DNA of 64,000 nucleotides from Eledone cirrhosa. Its lineage: Eukaryota. The notes below the pieces were generated by a model that saw only the letters and a program-made list of their open reading frames with translations, was not told the origin of the DNA and made no database searches. Of the stretch, positions 1 to 12,030 are shown in pieces; the first letter of the stretch is position 1; each line of letters begins with the position of its first letter. The DNA is taken from the NCBI GenBank assembly GCA_964016885.1, contig OZ024758.1:33294001-33358000 (forward strand), read 5' to 3'. The position numbers and the translations under genes were made by a program.

Positions 1-220
1 CCTTTACTGTGACAATACAATAGTATATATAGAGTAATGTAAATGTTATGTGAGATATTATGTGAGGTAAAGCCTTTACTGTGAAAATACAATAGTATAT
101 ATAGAGTAATGTAAATGTTATGTGAGATATTATGTGAGGTAAAGCCTTTACTGTGACAATACAATAGTATATATAGAGTAATGTAAATGTTATGTGAGAT
201 ATTATGTGAGGTAAAGCCTT
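1..220. repeat. 72-bp tandem repeat (3 copies, runs off window start), derived from a TTAA-MITE subterminal segment
   Basis: Unit cctttactgtgacaatacaatag...tgtgaggtaaag starts at 1, 73 and 145. The same sequence occurs near the ends of the MITE copies at ~7890-7940 and ~57005-57075. Confidence 0.9.
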
Positions 221-221
221 T

Positions 222-345
222 TTTATCGACCTCGAAAGGCAAAGTTAACCTCGGCAGGATTTGAACTCAGACCATAAAGGGCCGTAAATCTTTGCTTCAA
301 AGCATGGCGTCAGACCCTCTACTGATACTGCCAATTGACCGCCCT
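222..345 (-). mobile_element. tRNA-derived SINE (family A), partial
   Basis: Reverse complement of the head and body seen at 45969-46156 (ggcggtcaattggcagtatc...ctgagttcaaatcc B-box-like motif). Confidence 0.7.
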
Positions 346-383
<38 letters not shown>

Positions 384-869
384 CACCGAAAAATGAAAAT
401 AAAAATGGTAATGCTTTGTTAATGGTGGTGATGCTGATGATAATGGTTGTTTCTATTTTTGGAACAGGGCCAGCGATTGCCCCAGTGAATTGCTGGTGCT
501 TTGTCTTGTCGACCTCGTAGAAGTGAGGAGCGGGGTTCACCTTGGTGGGATTTGTGCTCAGACCATATATGGTAGATGCTGACGATAATCGTGGTTGTTT
601 CTGCTTTTGTCACGGGGCCGGCAATTGCCCCGGTGTATTGCTGGGGATCTGTTTTATCGACTCCGTAAGATAATAATAATTATTTCTACTTTTGGCACAA
701 GGCCAGCAATCATGCCAGTGTATTACTGGTACTGACTTATAAACAGGATTCACATTAGGAAAACATTAAAAAACAGCACAAAAAATAATGATAGATAAAT
801 ATCACATAAATTGCCCTGCAATTTAATTTTTTTGTTTTTTTAACGTGATGGTGTCACACTAAAAACACT

Positions 870-1712
870 GATAGTGGTGCACCCCTAAATACACTGATTC
901 TCGATATGAGTGTTTAAATGTCGAACCTAAACAGTTTGAATAACGGTGGAAAGGAGGCTGGAATGTCGTCTGAAAGACTCTCACCCAGCAAGTGCTCCCT
1001 GGCCCAGCAGCAGGGACCTGGCTGTCATCCAAATACTGCTGGTGTTGGAGGAAGAAGAAGGAATGGGACAAGAACCAACTGGACGAAAGAATTGAATAGA
1101 ACTGTCATGATGTTACCTGAAGAGTAACCCCATGGAAAAGGGCTACAGGAAACGGATACATAACATCTGGAACGAGATTGGTCTATTTAAATTAGGTGAA
1201 CAAAAATTGGCCGGGCAGGCTCGTGTAATAAGAACTAATGGATGGATAAGCGAGTTGAAACTGGAGGAACTGAGCAGAGAGATTAAGTTGGAAATGGAGA
1301 GTGGAGTATGTCAGGCAAACGAGCCAGTGGGAAATGAAGGTGAAGAGGTTGAGAGACCTGAGGAAGCATCCGAAGCAGACAATGATCTGAATGCTGGAAT
1401 AAATAACATCTGGAATAAAGATACGGCCATTGAGGAAATGTATGCTGACGGGCTAGGGCAAGATTTTGTTGATATTCTGAATTTAGTGGTAGATGAAATG
1501 AACAATGATAGTGGAAAAAATTACTTGGTATAAAAACCAAGTAAATGAGAGGAAACAACAAACAAGAAAGATCAGAGACTTGGTGGGAGAAATGGTCAAA
1601 TCAAGGAAATGAGAAAAGACATTGGAAATCTTAAGTCTTTACTGAATGGGACATTACAAAACATAGACACTAAAGATAGATTGAAAATAAAATACAAAAC
1701 TAAGGGAAAAGA
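870..1712 (+). pseudogene. 5' fragment of an R4/Dong-like (RLE-type) non-LTR retrotransposon ORF, frameshifted
   Basis: ORFs 918-1127, 1132-1533 and 1609- give WTKELNRTVM..GYRKRIHNIW..EQKLAGQARVIRTNGWISELKLEE and IKEMRKDI, which resemble the N-terminus of R4/Dong-type ORFs. No RT follows. Confidence 0.55.
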
Positions 1713-2342
1713 GCTTATTTATCCAAACCTTATTAATGTAAAATTTGAAGTTGATGAAAATTGTCACAATATTGACCCGAATATAAGCCAACTCTACCAC
1801 TGACTTTTGGTCACATATTCCTAGGCTTATATTCAAGTATATAAGGTAATTCAAATCACTATGAATTGATTATTGTTTGAGTTACAATAGAAGAGTTTTT
1901 TATGGCAGCTGCTACAGAATGTCAATTGGAATACCAAATATTACATTTATATTACTTATTATAGTGATAAAAATCATTCATTCCTTTTGCTGGACATCTT
2001 TTGTCTTTATTTAAAGGTCACTGAATATTAAAAATGCTTAGTGAGCAAAACTAAAAGGCTACAAAATATCTTGCTAATTCTATAACTCAGGTTTTATATA
2101 CCATCCTAAGATTTACACCCTCAAATAAACATTCAAAGGTTATCATTCTGTTTATTCTAGTATTTGTAATACTTTACCCTTTCATTACCATATTTCTAAT
2201 TAAATACTTGGTATTTTAATAAATTAATAAGTGATTTGGAAAGATTTAATAAAATTATAATTTCAAAGATGGCCTTTGTAACATAACAAAATGTTCTTTG
2301 ATAAAAATTATGTTGGAAGGTTTTAACTTAAATCAGAACTCT

Positions 2343-2559
2343 TTAACCCATTTGCATTTTACATTACACTATATTTACTATTGTATTTTCACGGTAAAGG
2401 CTTTATCTGCCATAATATTGAATCTGTGAGATTTTGATATTATTTATTTTGAGAACAATACCTTAACATAAGTGTGAGCAGCTGGTTACAGCTAGTTTGA
2501 ACAGAAAGAAGTGAGAAAATTCTGGTCAGATATGACTGGTTTAAATGCTAAAGGGTTAA
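2343..2559. mobile_element. piggyBac-type MITE (family A)
   Basis: TTAA-CCC...GGG-TTAA ends, ~215 bp; at least 8 copies in the window. Confidence 0.75.
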
Positions 2560-4025
2560 AATGACTACCCAAGTAAACACCCCAACCATCGATTACCTGT
2601 ACTAGACACAGAGCTCTGGTTAGATACCATTAATAACAAAAAACAAATCCTCCATTCCCATTATGCCAAACCCATGACTTCCAAATATCTGATCCACCGA
2701 AACTCAGCTGTTTCAGACCATACCAAAATCAACATACTGATTGCGGATTTGGTATGGGTGATGAGAAACGTGTCCCGCATGTGCAACCCCGAAGAACTAG
2801 AGAGACACATACAACACTTCATCCACCGTATGCAGTTCTCTGGTTACAATCAAAGAGATAAAATCAGAGTGTATAGAGGAGCCAGATCCAAATAGGAAAA
2901 AATGGTAAATAATGACACAAATGGGACCTGCCCCTTGTATAGGAGCAAATTTTGGAATAGAACAGAAAGAACTAGGAACAAGGCTAATAGAATAAACTCA
3001 TGGTATGATAGCAATAAATACCAGAGTGTAATGTTCATCGATACAACCCCTAGAGGTGAATTAGCTTACAAATTTAGAAGGGCCCTAGATAAACATAAAC
3101 TCAATATTAAGATAGTAGAAAGACCAGGTACCTCCATAAAAACACTTATTAGCAAGACATACCCTTTTCAAAGACCCCCCCCCCCCCTGTATAGATAAGA
3201 AATGTATAACCTGTAAATTAAGCCCCCATATTAACTGTAAAACTAGAAATGTAGTATATAGCATAAGATGTACTGAAGGACAATGTAGAGACAAAAATAT
3301 AGTGTACATAGGTGAGACAGCTCGTAGTGTAGGGGAACGGATAAATGAACACTGGCGAGACCTTCAAGATAATAAAGAATCATCTGTACTCTACCAACAT
3401 GCTAAAATAGAACATAAGGGCAAATTAGAGAACATAGAAATAAAAATAGAATCTACACACAGAAAAGACGCAATGTTTGGACAAATCACAGAGGCAATAA
3501 ACATAAAAGAATTACAACCAAAATTAAATAGAAAACATGAGTGGAACAGCAACATCACAACTTACAATTAAGGACAAAATGAAAACACACACGCACATAG
3601 AACAAACAACCAACCTGTTACATGTAAATAAACAAATAAATAAACGAATATAAACACACACAGACACCCAGATGTGGCACATGCGCAGACTGAGCACACA
3701 ACACACACACAGAAACAAGATGGCGTAGGACAGAACAAAGGAGAGGTACAAAAACAAAGAAAAGAATCCCCAGTCACTGAAGAGGTCACAGAATGTGTGA
3801 CGAAAGAACTTTGACAATATATACACAACTATCTGGTTGTGGAACCAACCAACCAACCAGAAATTTATAAATTCCTAAATTTATAAATTTATTATAATAA
3901 ATTGAAGTGAAACAACTGGTGCGTGTGTTTCTTATTGGCAACATGACCCTCCCAAAGTATAACAATATCGGTTTCAACACACGTTTTCAGATAAAGAATC
4001 TTGCTAAACAAATTCAGAAACGAAA
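2560..4025 (+). mobile_element. Penelope-like element family B (Nematis/Neptune-like), 5'-truncated: RT thumb, GIY-YIG endonuclease and pLTR
   Basis: ORF pieces 2674-2895, 2902-3198 and 3302-3571 with NVVY...[16 protein letters not shown]. Very similar to the copy at 27631-28878. Ends at (TA)n. Confidence 0.85.
3772..3815 (+). ncRNA. Minimal type-I hammerhead ribozyme in PLE-B pLTR
   Basis: gtca-CTGAAGA-g-gtcaca(gaatg)tgtgac-GAAA-gaac-TT-tgac; stems I and II pair. Confidence 0.75.
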
Positions 4026-4048
4026 TATATATATATATATATATATAT

Positions 4049-4150
4049 AACAAAGGAATTGTTGTAAAGAACCAGATGGACCATAACGCACCACAGTACT
4101 CAATACTTAAAGTAGTAGAGTGGGAAATAGGAAAAAGTACCATACTTTTT
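4049..4150 (-). mobile_element. Isolated 3' tail of PLE family C between (TA)n tracts
   Basis: Reverse complement matches ~59365-59452 (gtattgagtact..gtgcgttatggtccatctggttc). Confidence 0.7.
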
Positions 4151-4207
<57 letters not shown>

Positions 4208-4680
4208 AAACCAAAGTTTCATACACTTAACATGTGGATGCTACCATTGGTTTAGGGTGCCAGTCATGACCACCACTGTCTAATGGACATATATGTCATG
4301 ATATCTACACACACATATGTCATGATATCTACACAGTGTGTGCCTATTCCCCCCTTCCATACACTGTATTATTTCTTTCCAGGGACTATGTTGAAAAATA
4401 AACCTCATTTGATTATTCCATGAGTGTATCTTGGTCTGCCTATGAACCTTTCAGCTGAGCATCATAAATGAAAATAAAGACAAGAAATAAACCCGCTGCT
4501 CAAAAGCAGTTATATATTTCGTTTGTCTGAATTTGAAGATATATGAAATAACAACATTGACACAAGGTTATGGTTACGAGGGGGTTATGGTTATAGTTGA
4601 TTATACTGACTAGTACTTATTTCATTGACCCTAGCGGGAGGTGTTTCTGCTAATCTACCATTCTTAATTTTGAAAATTTA

Positions 4681-4996
4681 CATTATAATAAAAGCGCTGT
4701 CTGTCCGCCCGGCTGCCCCGCCATCTGCCCCGTTGTCCATCATGTTCACTTTATAGAGAAAGCACCAAGCAAGATATGTACATAGATACAGAGAGAAAAG
4801 GGAACGTTGTGTGTTTTAGAGGTGACAGAAAGAGGTAAATAGACAGAAAGTTATGACATCACCCTCCTCTATATAGAGATAGGGGAGTGCCAAGCGAAAG
4901 AGATGTACATAGAGAGAAAAGGAATGGCATTTATTTAGAGAGAGAGAGAGAGTGTGTGTGTGACAGAAAGATGGAGAAGACATCGCCCTCATCTAG
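4681..4996 (+). mobile_element. Probable non-autonomous Helitron
   Basis: Starts tataataaaag..ctgtctgtcc and ends CTAG|T with a short subterminal hairpin (gatg..catc). Confidence 0.45.
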
Positions 4997-6174
4997 TATA
5001 TTTAATACAAAGCCAACAAGATTATATTAGTGATTTCCAATGTGTGAAAGGTACTTGTCTCAAAGTAGTGTCCGTTGATTCAAATGACCAGTATATAATT
5101 AAGACAAAAATTACTAAATGGATATGACATGATGCAGTTTAACAGGCTGTGAAAATGAGTGAGTACTTTTAGAATGTAAACATTAATATAAAAGAGATTT
5201 TGTAGTTGGGATAGCAGAATAAAAACTGAAGACTAAAACTTGATGATATAGCATGAAAAATTTACTATAGTCAAGTTTTTTCAATTGTGTACATGTACAC
5301 ACATACACATTCTCTTTCTCTTTCTTTCTCATACACACACACCATACAAACCACAAACAAATGAGCATGTATGTACAAGTCAACAAGAGAACTTAACATG
5401 TTCAATCAACTTGCTAGATGTTACAACCAAATATCCTTCAAATCTCATCCTGCTGTCTTTCAAAAAGGGACATCTTGAATAATGGAATCCTGGGTATACA
5501 CAAACACATCATGATCACAGCTGGAATGTCTTTGATCATTGGTAAATGCTGACCCAGGGTTAAACAGCAGTAACAACAACAGTTAAGTTAGTAAGTAGTT
5601 ACAGATGCTCAGTTTAATATTTTTTCAGCACATTATAAACACAGAACGTGAGTTGAATTATGAATTGTAAGAATCGGAGAAGATATAAAATTTAGAGCTA
5701 ATACAGTATGTGGTCTATTGGGCTGTTATCATAACATGTAGTTATCATTATCAAAACATGTAGTTACTAGGCTAGTTTTTCCAACACTGTGCACACTGAG
5801 GCCATTTCCACTATAGTATGTAGTTTACAGTGCCGTTTACACATCAGAATGATAATAAAAAAGAAAAGAAAATTGTGCTATAGAATTCTTTCATGATCAT
5901 TCTATAAAGATCACATATAAAAATGTTGAATAATAGCATATATTTTGTATGACATATTTTATTATATAATAAAATACTGAGTGTTGAATAATAACAGCTG
6001 AATATTTACACTGCTAAACGATTTATTAATTATATCTTTTATTATGATAAATAACAAAACATTTATCATAATAAAGCCAGATCAGGTGGAGACCTTCCTT
6101 GATCAGCTTTAGTAATGAAGTCAAGTGAAGTCTTGGTTGATCGAACATTACAATAGTAGCACTAGTAACATAAA

Positions 6175-6665
6175 ACACACCCAGTCCACCCTGTAAAATG
6201 GTAGTGTTAGTGCCATGACAACAAAAGTACCCAGTCCACCCTGTAAAGTGGCAGTGCTAGCGCCATGACAACAAAAGCACTCTGTCCACCCTGTAAAATA
6301 GTAGTGCTGATGTGACAACAAAACAGCATATAGTCAGTCCACCTTGTAAAATGGTAGTACAGGTGCCATGATAAAAAGCACCTAGTCAATTCAATGAACT
6401 GGTCATACTGGTACCACAGCAAAAAGCACCCAGTCCACTCTGTAAAGCCCTGTAAAGTGGTAGCGATGGTGCCTCAAAAAAAAAAGAAAAAAGCTTTCAG
6501 TACATACTGTAAAGTGTTGAACATTAGGAAGAGCATCCAGCCATAGGAAACCCAAAATGGAACATATGAGCAAGATGTGGTCACCTGACCTGTCTAACCT
6601 CAAAACAAGGCTGACAGCCTGTCTACCCAATGCAAACATGAGAAATAGACATTAAATGATGACGA
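6175..6665 (+). mobile_element. RTE LINE 3' UTR fragment with an amplified ~45-bp subrepeat
   Basis: Repeated acccagtccaccctgtaaa units followed by the cccaatgcaaacatg..attaaatgatgac tail shared with the RTE ends at 30300-30650 and 43970-44252. Confidence 0.7.
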
Positions 6666-6717
6666 CATTATGGATACTGCAGTACAACTACAATCCCATA
6701 GACTGCATGTTGTAATA

Positions 6718-6910
6718 ATGGTTTCTACTTTAGACACAATGCCAACATTTTGAAGGAGAGGGGAAAGTCAATTAAATCGACCCCTGTGCATTACTGGTAC
6801 TTTATTTTATCGACCCCCGTAACAATGAAAGGTAGAGTGAGCCTCGGTGGTATTTCAACTCAGAACGTAAAGGGCTGTAACTATGTGCCACAAAACATGC
6901 TGTCCAACAC
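6718..6910 (-). mobile_element. tRNA-derived SINE (family A)
   Basis: tactggtactttattttatcgacccc...aactcaga, the reverse of the family-A body. Confidence 0.65.
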
Positions 6911-6998
6911 AACTGATTTTGTAATGGCACACAATATATTTCATCTTGAATCTTTCTACACAAGCAGTCTCTTGCATCCTAAATGACTAAGTATATTA

Positions 6999-7344
6999 TC
7001 TATATATAAATTTAAGCAACTTCTGTCTGTCCATCCGTCCATTCATCACACAATGTGTGTGTGTGTGTGTGTGCATGAATGTATGTGTGTGTAAAAGGAA
7101 GGAAGGGGATGGTGAAAAAACTATAGCAAAACAGCAGCTGCCGTTCCATTTGCTATGCTGTGTGTGAATGTATGTGTATTTGTGTGAATGTATGTGTGTT
7201 TGTGTGAATGTATGTGTATTTGTGTGAATTTGTATTTGTGTAAGTATATCTGTGTTTGTATGTTCATATTTATATACTCATACATTTAAATGAATGCATA
7301 TGCATACATACACATACATGTCAGCGTGTTGAAAAAAAATCTAG
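6999..7344 (+). mobile_element. Non-autonomous Helitron
   Basis: A|TCtatatataaa..ctgtctgtcc 5' end, internal (TG)n, hairpin acatg-tcag-cgtgt ~12 nt before CTAG|T. Confidence 0.65.
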
Positions 7345-7578
7345 TTTATAAAACAGGGTGGTGACCAAGCAGTATATCAATTGTTTACATATTTTGTAAG
7401 AATCAGATAAATACAATCTCCGATCTTTAATATTCTTAGAAAATTATTGTTTGGGATTTGGAAATTGATAAAATTCAAAATGAATAATCCATGCTAGCAT
7501 GAATATGTAGACTTGATAATGTATTTCAGGATATTTCCATATTATTCTTTTCAGATAGCTTCTGCAATATTTCCTGCA

Positions 7579-7996
7579 TTAACCATTTTGATATCAAACT
7601 GCCTGAAGCCATCTCTGCTTCTATGAAACAAAACTTCCCATTTTAAAGGATTGCTTTTTAAATTACTATCTTCTAATATAATTTTACATAAGAACCATAT
7701 GTTAAATTACTAATCTTGGTAATGAAATAATAATTTAACCCTTTAGCATTTAAACCGGCCATATCCGGCCAGAATTGTCTCACCTCTTTCTGTTCAAACC
7801 AACCATAACCAGCTGCTCATACTGATGTTAAGGTATTGTTCTCAAAATAAATAATATCATCATCAAAATCTCGTAGATTTGATATGAGATAAAGCCTTTA
7901 CTGCAAAAATAAAATACAACAGTAGAGTAAATGCTAAACGGTTAAGTAAATCTCTCAAAATTCTTCATTAGTTAATACAGTCATAAAAGGGTTTAA
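7579..7996. mobile_element. TTAA-MITE family B with a nested family-A MITE (7735-7945)
   Basis: Outer ends ttaaccattttgat...aaaagggtttaa; inner ends ttaaccctttagcatt...atgctaaacggttaa. Confidence 0.65.
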
Positions 7997-8141
7997 TATG
8001 TTAACAGTAACTTAACTTTTATATGGATGTCATTTGTGATATATTTTCATATAAATCAGGAAGTATATTTCTGAAATAATATACCTTTCTTATTGTTAAC
8101 TACTCAACCAAGAAGTTGAAATGGTTTCTATTTTTACTTAG

Positions 8142-8454
8142 CAGTGGTTCCCAACCTTTTGTGTACCACACCTTAACACCTCAAAAATTGTTATGCCCTA
8201 CCTTTGATATGAAAACAGCAATGATCAACAGGAAATGGGTAAAGAAATTGGTGTATAGATGGTGTCAGATGCACAATAACATGTGGATGAGGAGGTGAGA
8301 CAGGAGTATACCAAAATTGTGTTGGTGTAAAAGTAATAAGGAAAAACATGAAGTCATTCTCGTTAACAGAATTTTCAAACTGCCCCTCTTAAATATTCAA
8401 TTTGCACACACACCCTTCCCCGATGGGCATGTTCCCCCACGTTGGGAATCACTG
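8142..8454. mobile_element. hAT-type MITE
   Basis: TIRs cagtggttcccaac / gttgggaatcactg; no clean 8-bp TSD. Confidence 0.6.
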
Positions 8455-8577
8455 CATTAGAATAATGTCAACAGTCTTGTATGATTACTTCAAATCTAAG
8501 ACCTCTATTATAATAGAATTAACAAAATAGTAAATATTCAAACATTTTCTAATCCACCATTACAAAATGAAACCAAT

Positions 8578-8661
8578 AGTATATGCAGTACATGCAGTAC
8601 ATGCAATATATGCAGTACATGCAGTACATGCAGTATATGCAGTATATGCAGTATATGCATG
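8578..8661. repeat. 9-bp tandem repeat (tgcagtaYa)n
   Basis: About 9 copies visible. Confidence 0.85.
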
Positions 8662-9179
8662 TTTGAGGTTATCATGATAACTAGGATGTAATTGATTCAG
8701 TTTCAACACATGATCTAAGATCAAGTCACTTTCTTGCCTATATTAATATCTTACATAGATACAAGACTTTAAATTCAGTTGAGGGTAGTTTCGATTATAT
8801 TAACTTCAGTGCTTCATTGATACTTTATTTTATTGACCTCAAACAGATAAAAGGCAAAGTTGATCCTAATATTGTGCCACCAGTACTAGAGAGGTTGTCT
8901 TACTGGACTCGGGGGCCCTCTCTACCCCTCCATTTTACAGCATGGACTGGGTGTTTTTATTAGTGCCACCAGCACTAGAGAGGTCATCTTACTGAACTCA
9001 GGGCCCCTCTCTACCCCTCCATTTTACAGCATGTCACCAGCACTAGGGAAGTTGTCTTACTGGACTTAGGGGACTTCTCTACCCCGCACCAATTTATTCG
9101 GAGTGGTAGCTCTCCTAGACGAGTTGCCTACATTGCGGTTTATGGAGCCTCCGTCCGCCCTTTGTCTGTTCTATGATAT

Positions 9180-9650
9180 ATTCACAAGGGAGTGGTTAGC
9201 ATACAGCGTCGGGCATGTATACCAAAATGACACAAGATCACTGATGCACAAAAGAAAGAAGCCTGGGAATGTTACACTGAGAGACTGATGAATAGGGAGA
9301 GACTAACCTCAACTTGCCCTACAGAGGGACCAACTATTTAAATCGACAGTTATAGGGGCAAAGAAGAAATCGAGAAGATGAACAATGGTAAAACTGCAGG
9401 ACTGTAAGAGGTAATTACTGAGATGCATCAGAAGTAAGGACTGAACTAGTGACCTGCATAATCCATCAGATAATAGGGGATGGTGTCATGCACTTATTGC
9501 TCCAAAGGACAAGATGATACACTAGAATCGAGCAACAGCAGAGGGATAAACTAAAGAACCACGTTATGAAAGTGACAGAAAGAGTTCCAGAACGGTTAAT
9601 TAGGGAGTCAAATTAGACAAGATGCAGTTCAGTTTTGGGCTTGGAAGATG
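9180..9650 (+). pseudogene. Degenerate RTE LINE RT-region fragment
   Basis: Homologous to the 50750-51200 RTE region (acagagggacca.., aaaactgcagga.., gatgcagttc). Confidence 0.55.
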
Positions 9651-10499
9651 TAGATTTAGAATTGAGCTAAAAAAAAAAAAAAAAAAAACCTTTATTAATT
9701 TTTTAAATGATACCAAAATATCAGATTCATATATTTTAAGGGTCAACAAATTCTTTACTAAAATAATAGATGTGTTGTAAAAACAAGAAATATTTTGTTT
9801 AATTAGTCCTGTGAGTACTTCAACCTTACAAAAATATATGACTACAAAATTAAGGTATTTTATGGGTTATATTTATTTCAACTAAGAAATATTTTTTGTG
9901 TAAGTAAATATCTAATATTGTTAAAACATGCATATAAGATCCAAATGACATTTTAAAAAAAATAAAATATGCTTTCAAATTTGGTAGATTCATAAACTTT
10001 AAGAATTTCTTCAAAATGGTATTGATATAGATGCCATTACTTTTTCCTTTTTGCTTTTATTTTTACTGTACATAAACCATTTATAGCATAGAGTTTCTTG
10101 CACTTAGTAGTTGCTGTAAGCAAAAAATTAAAGTCAATTCAGAAAAAATTACAAATGAAACCAGCTTCAAATATAAAGAAAATCAGAAGCTTGTTCCAAG
10201 GTTTCACCATTTAAATATAAATCTACATATACTTAGTTGTTCATTATAAAACTGAACACTAATAAGTACCTTTCATAAGGTTTATGGAAGTTCCTTCCAT
10301 AAACACACAGAATAAATGGGAGGAAGAGAAGCTACCCTCAACTTACCCAGGGGAGAGGCTACCCTCAACTTACCCAGCAGAGAGGCCAGCTATCAAAATC
10401 GACAGTTACAGGGACAATGATTTTATGATTTAGTCAAAGGAGTAGGGACAATGCTCATGACCTTCACAGACTTCTAGGGAAAAGAGAAGCAGTAACCAT

Positions 10500-11000
10500 T
10501 GCTTATTGGCTATCCAGCCCCCTAGAGCAGTAAATGCCGAAACAGACTAAGATCTGGTATTGGACGTACAAAAGTCACATTTGCAAAATGGGGATATTTA
10601 ACCCTTTACCATTCACATTACTCTATATATACTATTGTAATTGTGTAGTAAACACATTAACTCACATAATATCGAATCTATGAGATTTTGATATTTATTT
10701 TGAGAACACGACCTTAACATCAGTATAAGCGGCCAGTTTCAATTGGTTTGAACAGAAAGAGGTGAGACATTTCTGGCCGGATACGGCCAGTTTGAATGCT
10801 AAATGGATAGGGATATTGTGTGTGACTGCAGCATCAAACAACAGATTAGGCAACACCTCCTGATATGCCCCCTGCTGGAATACCACTGCACAGCATTGGA
10901 ATTAGCAGAGTTTAATGAGAAAGACAGCAACATGTTCAGTTGTGGCGGAACCACATCTAGCCAAGCTTTGTAACTGACATTCTTGTGGACATGACAAGAA
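10500..11000 (+). mobile_element. LINE C-terminal fragment (zinc-knuckle type) interrupted by a TTAA-MITE at 10598-10810
   Basis: acagactaagatctgg..aaagtcac.ttgcaaaatggggatatttaa matches ~63196-63255; homology resumes after the MITE. Confidence 0.65.
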
Positions 11001-11749
11001 GAATGAGTTATCCTTAAATTAGATCAGAGATTTGGGCTGAATGCTTACAACCGAAGTAGACCCTGATAAAAGACACCCGAAAGCTAGCTGATAGTGCAGC
11101 AAATTGAGTCTCCCAACTAAAAACAGCTCCAGCACATTTGACAAGACTTCCACACATTCATTGAACTCAGTTTCATTTAACCTGGGGCTATAATAGAAGA
11201 AACTTGCCTAAGGTGTCATACAGTGAAACCAAAGCCAAAAACATGATTGTAGAGCTAACTTCTTAGTCAAAAGGAAAGTAAGCCATGAGTGAATGCTGAG
11301 AATTTAAAACCTCTAAGTGAAAATCGTATCATCACAATTACTGTTTTCGGTCTATTTTCCATGCTAGCATGGTTTAGACAGGCTGTCATATTCTGACACT
11401 AGACAGATGATAGTGTCTAGCACATATATTCCATTCTGACATGGCTCCTCTAGTTTCTAATGTCACTTCACAGCATGTACTTGGGGCATTTTATCATGGC
11501 ACAACCACTACCACCTGACAGAGTGGACTGGGTGCTTTTTATCACGGTACTCTTCCAAACATACCAAGTGTCTTTAGATAACATCAGAGACATGAAGAAA
11601 AAAGATAATACTGCATGAGTAATTGCTGCCCTTCCATAAAATCCTTGTTCAGGTCCCTGAACTGGAAAGATTCAGATACATAGCAAACACTCATCGACAT
11701 AACCCTTTGAATATCAAATATCATCATTTTACATTCACTTCCTATGCTA

Positions 11750-12030
11750 GATGGAATGTATTTCTCTACGTTATGGATGTTCTTATATAGAACTTTATAG
11801 TGCTATACCAAAATTAAGTCCAAAAATATCTCAGCAAAGATTACAAGTTACTGTGTAAGACATTCTGAAGAAATAGTCTCAAATCTAGTGTTATGGCAAT
11901 CAACACACGGGCATATTAACTAGAAACTTCTTTGACATACTGTAAAAAGACACCAGATTGAAGATAGTAATTGTGACAGTGGATCAAAACATCTAGAGTA
12001 GGTATCATTTGTAGGTTCAATCAGAAGATT
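11750..12030 (+). pseudogene. Old RTE-clade C-terminal fragment
   Basis: Translates CVRHSEEIVSNLVLWQSTHG, resembling the RTE GHC.RH..E....L.W.P.HG tail. Confidence 0.4.
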
